Made by a program: the position numbers and the translations under genes | DNA from: an uncultured bacterium | GTDB taxonomy: Bacteria; Patescibacteriota; Gracilibacteria; Absconditabacterales; Absconditicoccaceae | NCBI GenBank assembly: GCA_937862935.1 | Contig: CALMEO010000055.1 | Location: 19,927-83,926 of the forward strand | Reading direction: 5' to 3' | DNA: 64,000 bases | In this document: positions 48,261-55,276 of the stretch, piece after piece | Numbering within the stretch: position 1 is the first letter of the stretch | Layout: every line of letters starts with the position of its first letter | Notes under the pieces: model-generated | What the model saw: only the letters and a program-made list of their open reading frames with translations | Databases searched by the model: none | Told to the model about the DNA's origin: nothing

Positions 48261-49966
48261 ATATAGATTACAGTAAATGGGAGCCAGAGAAGGACTACCC
48301 ATCTTGGATGAATGAGGTTTCTTTGTCAACTATTTCAAAAGGGTATTTACTACCTGATGAAACGCCAAAGAAAGCTTATAAAAGAGTTGCTGATGCAGTA
48401 GCTAAAAGGTTAGATCGTCCAGATCTAGCTAACAAATTTTTTAAGTACATGTGGAAAGGATGGTTAAATTTAGCATCACCAGTTCTTTCAAATACAGGTA
48501 CAGATAGAGGTTTACCTATTTCATGCTTTGGAATAGATACACCAGATTCAATCAGAGGGATTGGATTAACAAACGCAGAGTTAATGAGATTAACTTCTCT
48601 AGGAGGTGGAGTAGGAATTGGATTAAACAGAGTTAGAGGAAGAGGTTCTAAAATCGGAAATGGAGAAACAGGACACTCTGAAGGTGTTATTCCATGGGCT
48701 AAGATTTACGATTCAACTATCATTGCTACAAATCAAGGAGCAGTTAGAAGAGGAGCAGCTTCAGTAAATCTTGATATCAATCACCTTGACATTAAAGAGT
48801 TTTTACGTATCAGAAGACCTCAAGGAGATCCAAACAGACAATGTTTAAACTTACACCAGTGTATTGCTGTTGATGATAAGTTTATGCAAAGATTAGAACA
48901 CAGAGATCCTGAAGCAATGGAACTATGGGTTGAAATTCTTAAGTCGAGAGTTGAAACAGGAGAACCTTACTTGATGTTTAAAGACAACGTTAATAATGCA
49001 AATCCACCTGCATATGTCAAAAATAACTTAGACGTTACAATGACAAATATCTGTTCAGAGATTGCATTACACACTGATGAAGAACATTCATTTGTATGTT
49101 GTTTATCTTCAGTAAACATTACAAAATACGAAGAGTGGAAAGATTCAGATTTAATTGAAACGGCTATTTACTTTTTAGATGGAGTATTAGAGGAGTTTTT
49201 AGTTAAAACCAATGGAAAAGATTCACTAATTAGAGCACACCGTTCTGCTAAGAAAGGAAGAGCATTAGGATTAGGTGTTTTAGGGTGGCATTCATTCCTA
49301 CAACAAAAAGGAATTCCATTCGTATCAATTGCTGCTACATCTTGGACAAACAAGATTTTCTCTCAGATAAAAGCACAAGCTGAAGCAGCTTCCAGAAAAT
49401 TAGCAGAAGAGTACGGTGAACCAGTTTGGTGTAAAGGAACAGGTATGAGAAATACACACCTTATTGCTATTGCACCTACAGTTTCGAACTCTACAATATC
49501 AGGAGGAGTTTCAGCAGGTATTGAACCGATACCAGCTAATGTGTATACGTTTAATTCTTCTAAAGGAACTTTCATTAGAAAGAATCCGGTATTAGAAAAA
49601 TATCTAGAAGATAAAGGACACAATACAGATGAAGTTTGGAAACAAATTTTACAAGATAAGGGTTCTATTGCAAATTTACCAGAAGATATAATGCCAGTAG
49701 AAGATAAGGAAGTTTTCTTAACATTTGCAGAAATCAACCAATTGGGATTAGTAGAACAAGCTTCAGTAAGACAGAAGTATATAGATCAAGCTCAATCACT
49801 AAATTTAGCATTCGACCCAGGTGATAGTCCTAAGTTTATTAACTTAGTTCATCAAACAGCTTGGAAATTAGGATTGAAAACACTTTATTACTTAAGAACC
49901 GATAGTGTCATTTCAGGGGATTTAGGGAGTAGAACTTCTGAAAATTGTTTGAGTTGTGATGGATAG
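48257..49966 (+). CDS. nrdA: ribonucleotide reductase class I alpha subunit (no ATP cone)
   Basis: LPISCFG, TNICSEIAL (active-site N-x-C-x-E), PTVSNS and C-terminal CLSCDG. Confidence 0.85.
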   Translation: MNIDYSKWEPEKDYPSWMNEVSLSTISKGYLLPDETPKKAYKRVADAVAKRLDRPDLANKFFKYMWKGWLNLASPVLSNTGTDRGLPISCFGIDTPDSIRGIGLTNAELMRLTSLGGGVGIGLNRVRGRGSKIGNGETGHSEGVIPWAKIYDSTIIATNQGAVRRGAASVNLDINHLDIKEFLRIRRPQGDPNRQCLNLHQCIAVDDKFMQRLEHRDPEAMELWVEILKSRVETGEPYLMFKDNVNNANPPAYVKNNLDVTMTNICSEIALHTDEEHSFVCCLSSVNITKYEEWKDSDLIETAIYFLDGVLEEFLVKTNGKDSLIRAHRSAKKGRALGLGVLGWHSFLQQKGIPFVSIAATSWTNKIFSQIKAQAEAASRKLAEEYGEPVWCKGTGMRNTHLIAIAPTVSNSTISGGVSAGIEPIPANVYTFNSSKGTFIRKNPVLEKYLEDKGHNTDEVWKQILQDKGSIANLPEDIMPVEDKEVFLTFAEINQLGLVEQASVRQKYIDQAQSLNLAFDPGDSPKFINLVHQTAWKLGLKTLYYLRTDSVISGDLGSRTSENCLSCDG

Positions 49967-49973
49967 TTAACCA

Positions 49974-50006
49974 ATTTCACCGCCTATTTATAATAAACGG
50001 TGAAAT
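49974..50006 (+). promoter_or_regulatory. hairpin enclosing the promoter box; 3' arm abuts the GIY-YIG ATG
   Basis: ATTTCACCG pairs with CGGTGAAAT, 9 bp; ATG at 50007. Confidence 0.5.
49984..49991 (+). promoter_or_regulatory. CTATTTAT box inside a hairpin loop
   Basis: 16 nt upstream of the GIY-YIG ATG 50007. Confidence 0.5.
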
Positions 50007-50696
50007 ATGGTAGTATATAAAATTACATGTGAGAAAGATGGTAGGTCGTATATTGGAGCTACAATTAACTCACATCATAGGAGATTAGAACATTTTAACC
50101 ATCTTAGAAAAAATAGACATCATAATATTTTTTTACAAAGAGCTTTTAATAAGTACGGAGAGGAGTCTTTTACTTATGAAATTTTAGAAAGGTTTAAAGA
50201 TCTGGAAAAAATGTGGAATAGAGAGGAGGAACTTGTAAATACGTTACCTAACCTGTATAATATGATGCCCGGAGGTATTAGAGGACCTCGAATGTACGGT
50301 AAAGATAATCCGAAATTTGGAAAACCAATTTCAGAGCAACAGAGAAGATTACAGAGTGAAGCTATGTCAGGGGAAAATCATCCTCAATTTGGAAAATCAT
50401 ACTATAATAACGGAGAACAACAGGTGGTACTTTCAAAACAAGAAGTAGAAAAGTACTTAAAACAAGGGTGGAAGAAAGGTAGGTTAGATACAAGAGGTCA
50501 AAATAATCCAATGCATACCCATAATATTGATTTTTCAGGAATCAATAATCCAAATGTAAAACATTATAAAGACTTTGAAAAAATTGAAGACTTAAGAAGT
50601 AAAAAGAAAACTTGGAATGAAATAGCCAAGGAGTTGGGTAAAAAAAGTCCTGAAGCTTTGCGAAAATCATATACAAACTTTAAAAAATTAAAATAG
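50007..50696 (+). CDS. GIY-YIG homing endonuclease
   Basis: VVYKITCEKDGRSYIG...RRLEH; four NUMOD3-like G.xNP.xGK repeats. Confidence 0.85.
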   Translation: MVVYKITCEKDGRSYIGATINSHHRRLEHFNHLRKNRHHNIFLQRAFNKYGEESFTYEILERFKDLEKMWNREEELVNTLPNLYNMMPGGIRGPRMYGKDNPKFGKPISEQQRRLQSEAMSGENHPQFGKSYYNNGEQQVVLSKQEVEKYLKQGWKKGRLDTRGQNNPMHTHNIDFSGINNPNVKHYKDFEKIEDLRSKKKTWNEIAKELGKKSPEALRKSYTNFKKLK

Positions 50697-51131
50697 ATGG
50701 GAGCAGTTATAACAATAAGTTTACTTATAATTGCTATATTGATATACATTATAAATGATCTTAAGGGAGAACTAAAGGATTTAAGTGATACTTTACTTGA
50801 ACAAGAAGATCAACACAAAGAAGATATAAAGAAAGCAAGACAAGATTCTAAATTTAGATCTTCTGCAGTAAATTGGGGCAAAGCAATTGAACACTTTGTC
50901 CCGTTTACGTCTAAATTTCCTATCCCACCTGAAGATGTTTCCTTTTTAGGAATGCCTGTAGATTTTGTAGGTTTTACAGAAACTGATGACCCTAAAAAAT
51001 GTAGTGTACACTTTATTGAAGTAAAAAGTGGAGGTTCTAATATTACGAAAAAACAGTACAATATTAGGGAAGCTATCAAAAATAACAGAGTACATTGGCA
51101 TACGATTAGGGTTGATGCAAATAACCTATAA
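50697..51131 (+). CDS. membrane-anchored PD-(D/E)XK nuclease-like protein (Holliday-junction-resolvase-related)
   Basis: N-terminal TM helix VITISLLIIAILIYII, then PVDFVGF...HFIEVKSGGS (D...E-x-K). Confidence 0.4.
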   Translation: MGAVITISLLIIAILIYIINDLKGELKDLSDTLLEQEDQHKEDIKKARQDSKFRSSAVNWGKAIEHFVPFTSKFPIPPEDVSFLGMPVDFVGFTETDDPKKCSVHFIEVKSGGSNITKKQYNIREAIKNNRVHWHTIRVDANNL

Positions 51132-51184
51132 AAAATTTTGTAAAATGAAAAAATTTTAATATCTTTATCAAAAATATAGAAACT

Positions 51185-51340
51185 ATGTCAAAAACATCTG
51201 CAAAAAGTAAATACGAGCAGTTAATGGAATGGATTCCAACTCTAGGAAGAGTAAAAGAGGAAAAAGCTAAGGAAACAACAAAGTTCAGCAAAGCTGATCA
51301 TTACAAACGTCAAGGAGCATATGGCAAAGCAAGTTATTAA
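51185..51340 (+). CDS. small hypothetical protein (51 aa), not in ORF track
   Basis: ATG-initiated ORF filling the gap; overlaps the thioredoxin start by 20 nt. Confidence 0.35.
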   Translation: MSKTSAKSKYEQLMEWIPTLGRVKEEKAKETTKFSKADHYKRQGAYGKASY

Positions 51341-51584
51341 GTTTTATGCTGATTGGTGCGGTCCTTGTAGAATGTATACACCAACCTTCGATAGAGTTAA
51401 GGAGGAACTTCAGAGTGATGAAATTTCATTCAAAGAAGTGAATGTTGAAAATGACCCTGAAAACTTAGCAGCAGAATACAAAGTTAGGGGAATTCCACTT
51501 ACAGTTGTTGTTGATAACGGTGAAGTAAGAACAGAATCAGGAAGGTTATCTGAAGAAATGTTAAAAAAATTGATTAACGGATAA
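51321..51584 (+). CDS. trx: thioredoxin
   Basis: WCGPC active site; 87 aa; next to the RNR genes. Confidence 0.85.
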   Translation: MAKQVIKFYADWCGPCRMYTPTFDRVKEELQSDEISFKEVNVENDPENLAAEYKVRGIPLTVVVDNGEVRTESGRLSEEMLKKLING

Positions 51585-51588
51585 AAAC

Positions 51589-51777
51589 ATGATAGAGGTT
51601 TTAAGACATACGTTTGGATTGTGTGGTGAAGGACATCCGCATTTACTAACCTTAACACCTTTGTTAGTTGGAATAGTGAGGTACTATCACTATATTTCAC
51701 ACAAAATAAAAACACTATGCAAGAAGATTTGGTATCGTTGTACGACTATTTGGGGTATGCAGCAGGAGGATCTTTAG
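51589..51777 (+). CDS. hypothetical small protein (uncertain)
   Basis: 62-aa ORF overlapping the next ORF by 61 nt. Confidence 0.25.
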   Translation: MIEVLRHTFGLCGEGHPHLLTLTPLLVGIVRYYHYISHKIKTLCKKIWYRCTTIWGMQQEDL

Positions 51778-51917
51778 GAAAAGAAGTAGCAGAAGCTGCT
51801 ATAAAAGCTAAAGAGACTATCGGAAAAAGAGAAGTAAATAATAAAAAATACACAGGTAGTGTAATGTTGTATCGTAGAGCTTTTTTAAAAGAGTTTTTTG
51901 ATGCAAAAAGAAAATAA
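51717..51917 (+). CDS. hypothetical small protein
   Basis: 66-aa ORF. Confidence 0.35.
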   Translation: MQEDLVSLYDYLGYAAGGSLGKEVAEAAIKAKETIGKREVNNKKYTGSVMLYRRAFLKEFFDAKRK

Positions 51918-51965
51918 CGTTTGCCTATACGTTTAAAAATACCTGGCTTATGTAAATCTTAAGTT

Positions 51966-52883
51966 ATGTTAGAATTTAACAAACCTAAATGCCACGTAAT
52001 TGTTAGTCTCAGTGGCGGGATGGACTCAAGTACATTGTTACTTAGATGTCTAAAAGAGTACGATAGTGTAACAGCTATCTCATTTGACTATGGTCAAAAA
52101 CATAGAGTAGAGCTAGAGAAAGCTCAATCATTGGTAGATTACTTAAATTCCACTTTAACCAAAGTAGAAGGACTATCTCAAGAACATCAAGATTTTTTTG
52201 AAGAAAATGGTATAGATGTCGATTCTCTTATAAAAAGTAAAAAACAGGAATACGGACCTATTAAATACCATCAAATTAGGTTAGATGGATTGGTAAACCT
52301 ACTTGATTCAACTTTAGTAACAGGAGGTAAGGATGTACCTGAAGGTCACTATGCTGAAGATAATCAAAAAGCAACTGTTGTACCTAACAGAAATAAGATT
52401 TTTTCATCTATTACTCAAGCGGTAGCTTTATCAATTGCAAATAGAACAGGAGAGACTTGTGATATTGCTTTAGGAATCCATAACGGAGATCACGAAATCT
52501 ATCCGGACTGTAGACAAGAATTTAGAGATGCAGATGATGCTGCCTTTAGAATCGGAAACTGGGATGCTGATAGAGTAGGATTCTTTACTCCGTATTTAGA
52601 AGGAGACAAATTTACTATCTTACAAGATGGAGAAGTATTGTGTACAGAGCTGGGATTAGACTTCAATGAAGTTTATAAAAGAACTAACACTTCTTATAAA
52701 CCATATCCTTCGGGAAATAGTGACTATAAGTCAGCTTCGAGTGTAGAAAGGGTTCTAGCTTTTATTAAATTAGGAGTAGCAGATCCGGTACAATATGAAG
52801 ACGAAACAGGACCAGTAGGGTGGGAAGTAGCAAAAGCTCATGCTATACAGATTGAAGAAGATTTCTTAAAAGAAAATAAATAG
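51966..52883 (+). CDS. queC: QueC-like PP-loop ATPase (7-cyano-7-deazaguanine synthase family), atypical
   Basis: VSLSGGMDSS (SGGxDS), FDYGQKHRVE, VVPNRN and IYPDCRQEF; the C-terminal Zn-Cys cluster is absent. Confidence 0.7.
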   Translation: MLEFNKPKCHVIVSLSGGMDSSTLLLRCLKEYDSVTAISFDYGQKHRVELEKAQSLVDYLNSTLTKVEGLSQEHQDFFEENGIDVDSLIKSKKQEYGPIKYHQIRLDGLVNLLDSTLVTGGKDVPEGHYAEDNQKATVVPNRNKIFSSITQAVALSIANRTGETCDIALGIHNGDHEIYPDCRQEFRDADDAAFRIGNWDADRVGFFTPYLEGDKFTILQDGEVLCTELGLDFNEVYKRTNTSYKPYPSGNSDYKSASSVERVLAFIKLGVADPVQYEDETGPVGWEVAKAHAIQIEEDFLKENK

Positions 52884-52901
52884 AGTAGTACCTAATGGAA
52901 T

Positions 52902-52936
52902 GGTAGTTCCGAACTATTTATAATAAAGGAACTGCC
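52902..52936 (+). promoter_or_regulatory. hairpin enclosing the promoter box; 3' arm abuts the GIY-YIG ATG
   Basis: GGTAGTTCC pairs with GGAACTGCC, 9 bp including one G.U; ATG at 52937. Confidence 0.5.
52914..52921 (+). promoter_or_regulatory. CTATTTAT box inside a hairpin loop
   Basis: 16 nt upstream of the GIY-YIG ATG 52937. Confidence 0.5.
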
Positions 52937-53623
52937 ATGCATTACGTATATATTACTACAAATCTTATTAACAAGAAATACTATATAGGAAAACATAAAG
53001 GAGAAGTTGATGATAGGTATCTTGGATCAGGAGTAGTTTTAAAGCAAGCTATAGAAAAATACGGAAAAGATAATTTTGAAAAAGAAATCTTAGTAATTTG
53101 TTCAACAGAGGAAGAAGCTAATCACTGGGAGAGAATCACTATACAGGAACATCTATCAGATCCAAACTGCTACAATATCGCCCCAGGAGGAGAGGGAGGT
53201 TATACAATTAAGCATTTTTCTGAAGAAGAAAAACAGAAAGTAAGGCAGAAAGCATCAAAAAGTTATAAACAGTACATAATATCTCACCCAGAGGAAGTAA
53301 AATCTCGGCAGGAGAGACAAAAAGTAACGTTACTTTCCAATATAGAAAATCATAGAAAAGCTGTTAAAGAAGGTCTACTGACGAGATCGGAAGAAGACAA
53401 GAAAGCACAGCATGAAAAGATAACACAGAAAAAATTAGATAACGGATACTACAGTGAATATCAGTTAATAGATCCGGAAGGAAATACGGTAATGCAAAGT
53501 ATTGGAGCAGAAAATATTGCAAAAAAATACGGAGCAACACCTAATGGGATACGATTAGCTGCTAAACACAGACAGCCTATTTCAAGAGGAGTATTAAAAG
53601 GGTATAAAGTAGTAAAAATTTAA
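52937..53623 (+). CDS. GIY-YIG homing endonuclease
   Basis: HYVYITTNLINKKYYIGKH...YLGSG. Confidence 0.85.
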   Translation: MHYVYITTNLINKKYYIGKHKGEVDDRYLGSGVVLKQAIEKYGKDNFEKEILVICSTEEEANHWERITIQEHLSDPNCYNIAPGGEGGYTIKHFSEEEKQKVRQKASKSYKQYIISHPEEVKSRQERQKVTLLSNIENHRKAVKEGLLTRSEEDKKAQHEKITQKKLDNGYYSEYQLIDPEGNTVMQSIGAENIAKKYGATPNGIRLAAKHRQPISRGVLKGYKVVKI

Positions 53624-53627
53624 AATC

Positions 53628-54035
53628 ATGAACGATAAGACAACAAATTATCTAGGGTACAGTCAAACCTTGGGTAACTTAGGGTTAACTTCAGGTAACA
53701 CAACCTTTACAACAAACAGTAACGGGATATCGGGTACATACGACCTAGACAATAACTGGTCAGTTCCACTAAACGTATGGAGTAACGGAACCAACTTAAC
53801 ATCAATTTCAACAATAGTAAATCCAAATAATATGAACGTAAGACAAGTTAAAGTAGCTGTGTTTACAGTAGAGAGAAATGAGGATAACAAAGTAACTTCT
53901 ACAAAGTTTATCAAAGAGCTTTGGGTAGAAGTTAAAAATGGATCTTCAGTAGAATTAGCAGTAGCTAAAGAATTGGATAAAGATTTTGACCCAAGTACTA
54001 CGGTAATTAAAGAAATCTTTTCAGTTATGTTCTAA
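53628..54035 (+). CDS. hypothetical Asn/Thr-rich protein
   Basis: 135-aa ORF. Confidence 0.5.
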   Translation: MNDKTTNYLGYSQTLGNLGLTSGNTTFTTNSNGISGTYDLDNNWSVPLNVWSNGTNLTSISTIVNPNNMNVRQVKVAVFTVERNEDNKVTSTKFIKELWVEVKNGSSVELAVAKELDKDFDPSTTVIKEIFSVMF

Positions 54036-54036
54036 C

Positions 54037-54297
54037 ATGAAACAATTTATAAAGAAACCAATTACGGTTGAAGCTACCCAATTAATAGATAACAACTTTA
54101 GAAGTTTAGACGATGTTCCACTTAGTATAGCTGGAAAATGAAAGGTAGGTAATGATGAGTATGGGTTTTATGTTGCTATACCTACATCAGAAGGTGATGT
54201 AAAAGCAAGAAACAACGACTGGATTATTAAATTACCAAGCGGAGAATTTTATACATGTAAACCTGATATTTTTAAAAAAAATTATCAAGAAGTTTGA
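54037..54297 (+). CDS. small phage protein interrupted by an in-frame TGA (pseudogene or readthrough)
   Basis: MKQFIKKPITVEA...SIAGK-TGA-KVGNDEYGFYV...GEFYTCKPDIFKKNYQEV; TGA at 54139..54141; no in-frame start in the second half. Confidence 0.4.
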
Positions 54298-54444
54298 GAA
54301 GAATAAAATAACCTGTACCCTCGAAATACTCATTAAGATAGTAGGTTAGCTCGAAATAAAAGGGTAATAGAATAAGAGCAAAATAGACTGTCAAGGTAGG
54401 ACGTCAGTTATAGAGAGGTGAGCCATACCTATTCCTCTCAAAAT

Positions 54445-54557
54445 AGTCAGGTGGCGGAAAGGTAAACGCTCACAGGTTGGTATTGTAAAAGAGGAATTGA
54501 CCTCCATCTCCATGTTTTAATGGTTATACCTTACAGGTTCAAATCCTGTCCTGACTA
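54445..54557 (+). tRNA. oversized tRNA-like gene (113 nt), anticodon unresolved
   Basis: Acceptor AGTCAGG/CCTGACT, D arm GCG-GAAAGGTAAA-CGC, T arm ACAGG-TTCAAAT-CCTGT, CAAA trailer; the middle holds a branched GGTAT...ATACC domain with two 6-nt-loop hairpins. Confidence 0.4.
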
Positions 54558-54561
54558 CAAA

Positions 54562-54647
54562 GATCATTTAGTGTAAGTAGCAATTCATGCTCATAGGTAA
54601 CACGGTGTCGTGAACACCAGATGAGAGTTCGAGTCCCTCAATGATCT
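54562..54647 (+). tRNA. aberrant tRNA-like gene (86 nt), anticodon unresolved
   Basis: Acceptor GATCATT/AATGATC, T arm GAGAG-TTCGAGT-CCCTC, CAAAAT trailer; GTGT...ACAC helix encloses a 25-nt loop; GGTGT-CGTGA-ACACC hairpin has a 5-nt loop. Confidence 0.35.
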
Positions 54648-54667
54648 CAAAATAAAATAAAGACTAG

Positions 54668-54696
54668 TTGGTAGTCTGAAAAATTATTCATATATT
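54668..54696 (+). promoter_or_regulatory. sigma70-like TTGGTA-N17-TATATT element (copy A)
   Basis: Exact 17-nt spacing; downstream of the aberrant tRNA pair. Confidence 0.4.
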
Positions 54697-54735
54697 AAAG
54701 TATGATTAAAAGATACATGAAATGGGTAACAGAGC

Positions 54736-54743
54736 CTATTTAT
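54736..54743 (+). promoter_or_regulatory. CTATTTAT box
   Basis: 18 nt upstream of ATG 54761. Confidence 0.45.
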
Positions 54744-54760
54744 ATATAGAACAATAAAAA

Positions 54761-54913
54761 ATGAAAGCAATTCAAAACATACAACAGTTTAAAAGCACAG
54801 CGCATAGAGCCATTCAAGTGGTATCGGATTCGTTATGTGGCGATTTTAGCTGGGATGTAATTCTTGAATCTTCATATAATAACGAACCTAAACTAGGAGG
54901 TACCGAGGTATGA
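54761..54913 (+). CDS. small hypothetical protein (50 aa), not in ORF track
   Basis: CTATTTAT box 18 nt upstream and a rho-independent terminator 30 nt downstream. Confidence 0.45.
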   Translation: MKAIQNIQQFKSTAHRAIQVVSDSLCGDFSWDVILESSYNNEPKLGGTEV

Positions 54914-54943
54914 TATAAGTTCTAAAACATAGACTTATTAAGT

Positions 54944-54976
54944 ACCCGGATCAGAAAAAAGATTCGGGTTTTTTAT
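54944..54976 (+). terminator. rho-independent terminator after the small ORF 54761..54913
   Basis: ACCCGGATC-AGAAAAAA-GATTCGGGT followed by TTTTTT. Confidence 0.75.
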
Positions 54977-54985
54977 TGAAAAAAA

Positions 54986-55057
54986 AGTTGGTAGATTGAA
55001 ATATTATCACTATATTTAAAGTATAGAAATAAGGTCATTGACATATTGGATAAAATT
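54986..55057 (+). repeat. about 72-bp dispersed repeat, copy 1 (promoter-like)
   Basis: About 90 percent identical by eye to 61360..61432; contains TTGGTA-N17-TATATT and TTGACA. Confidence 0.8.
54988..55016 (+). promoter_or_regulatory. sigma70-like TTGGTA-N17-TATATT element (copy B)
   Basis: Follows a terminator; 44 nt upstream of tRNA-Ser; part of a 72-bp repeat. Confidence 0.45.
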
Positions 55058-55059
55058 AA

Positions 55060-55147
55060 GGAGAGTGAAGCAGCGCCATGGAGGTGCGACTAGTCTTGAA
55101 AACTAGGTCCCGTCTTTTCGGGTGGGGTTCGAGTCCTCCGCTCTCCG
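55060..55147 (+). tRNA. tRNA-Ser(UGA)
   Basis: Acceptor GGAGAGT/GCTCTCC, anticodon stem CTAGT/ACTAG, loop CT-TGA-AA, long variable arm CCCG..CGGG, T loop TTCGAGT. Confidence 0.85.
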
Positions 55148-55153
55148 CAATAT

Positions 55154-55225
55154 TGGGTTATAGTGTAATGGTTAGCACAAAACACTTTGGCTGTTTTAGT
55201 CTAGGTTCGAATCCTAGTAAGCCAA
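55154..55225 (+). tRNA. tRNA-Gln(UUG)
   Basis: Acceptor TGGGTTA/TAAGCCA (U1-A72, one G.G mismatch), stem AAACA/TGTTT, loop CT-TTG-GC, T arm CTAGG-TTCGAAT-CCTAG. Confidence 0.8.
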
Positions 55226-55240
55226 CCGAGTGCTGTTTTT

Positions 55241-55273
55241 GTATTTCCTTCCTATTTATTAGAAAGGAAGTAC
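55241..55273 (+). promoter_or_regulatory. hairpin enclosing the promoter box upstream of the GIY-YIG gene
   Basis: GTATTTCCTT pairs with AAGGAAGTAC, 10 bp including one G.U; ATG at 55277. Confidence 0.5.
55252..55259 (+). promoter_or_regulatory. CTATTTAT box inside a hairpin loop
   Basis: 18 nt upstream of the GIY-YIG ATG 55277. Confidence 0.5.
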
Positions 55274-55276
55274 ATC

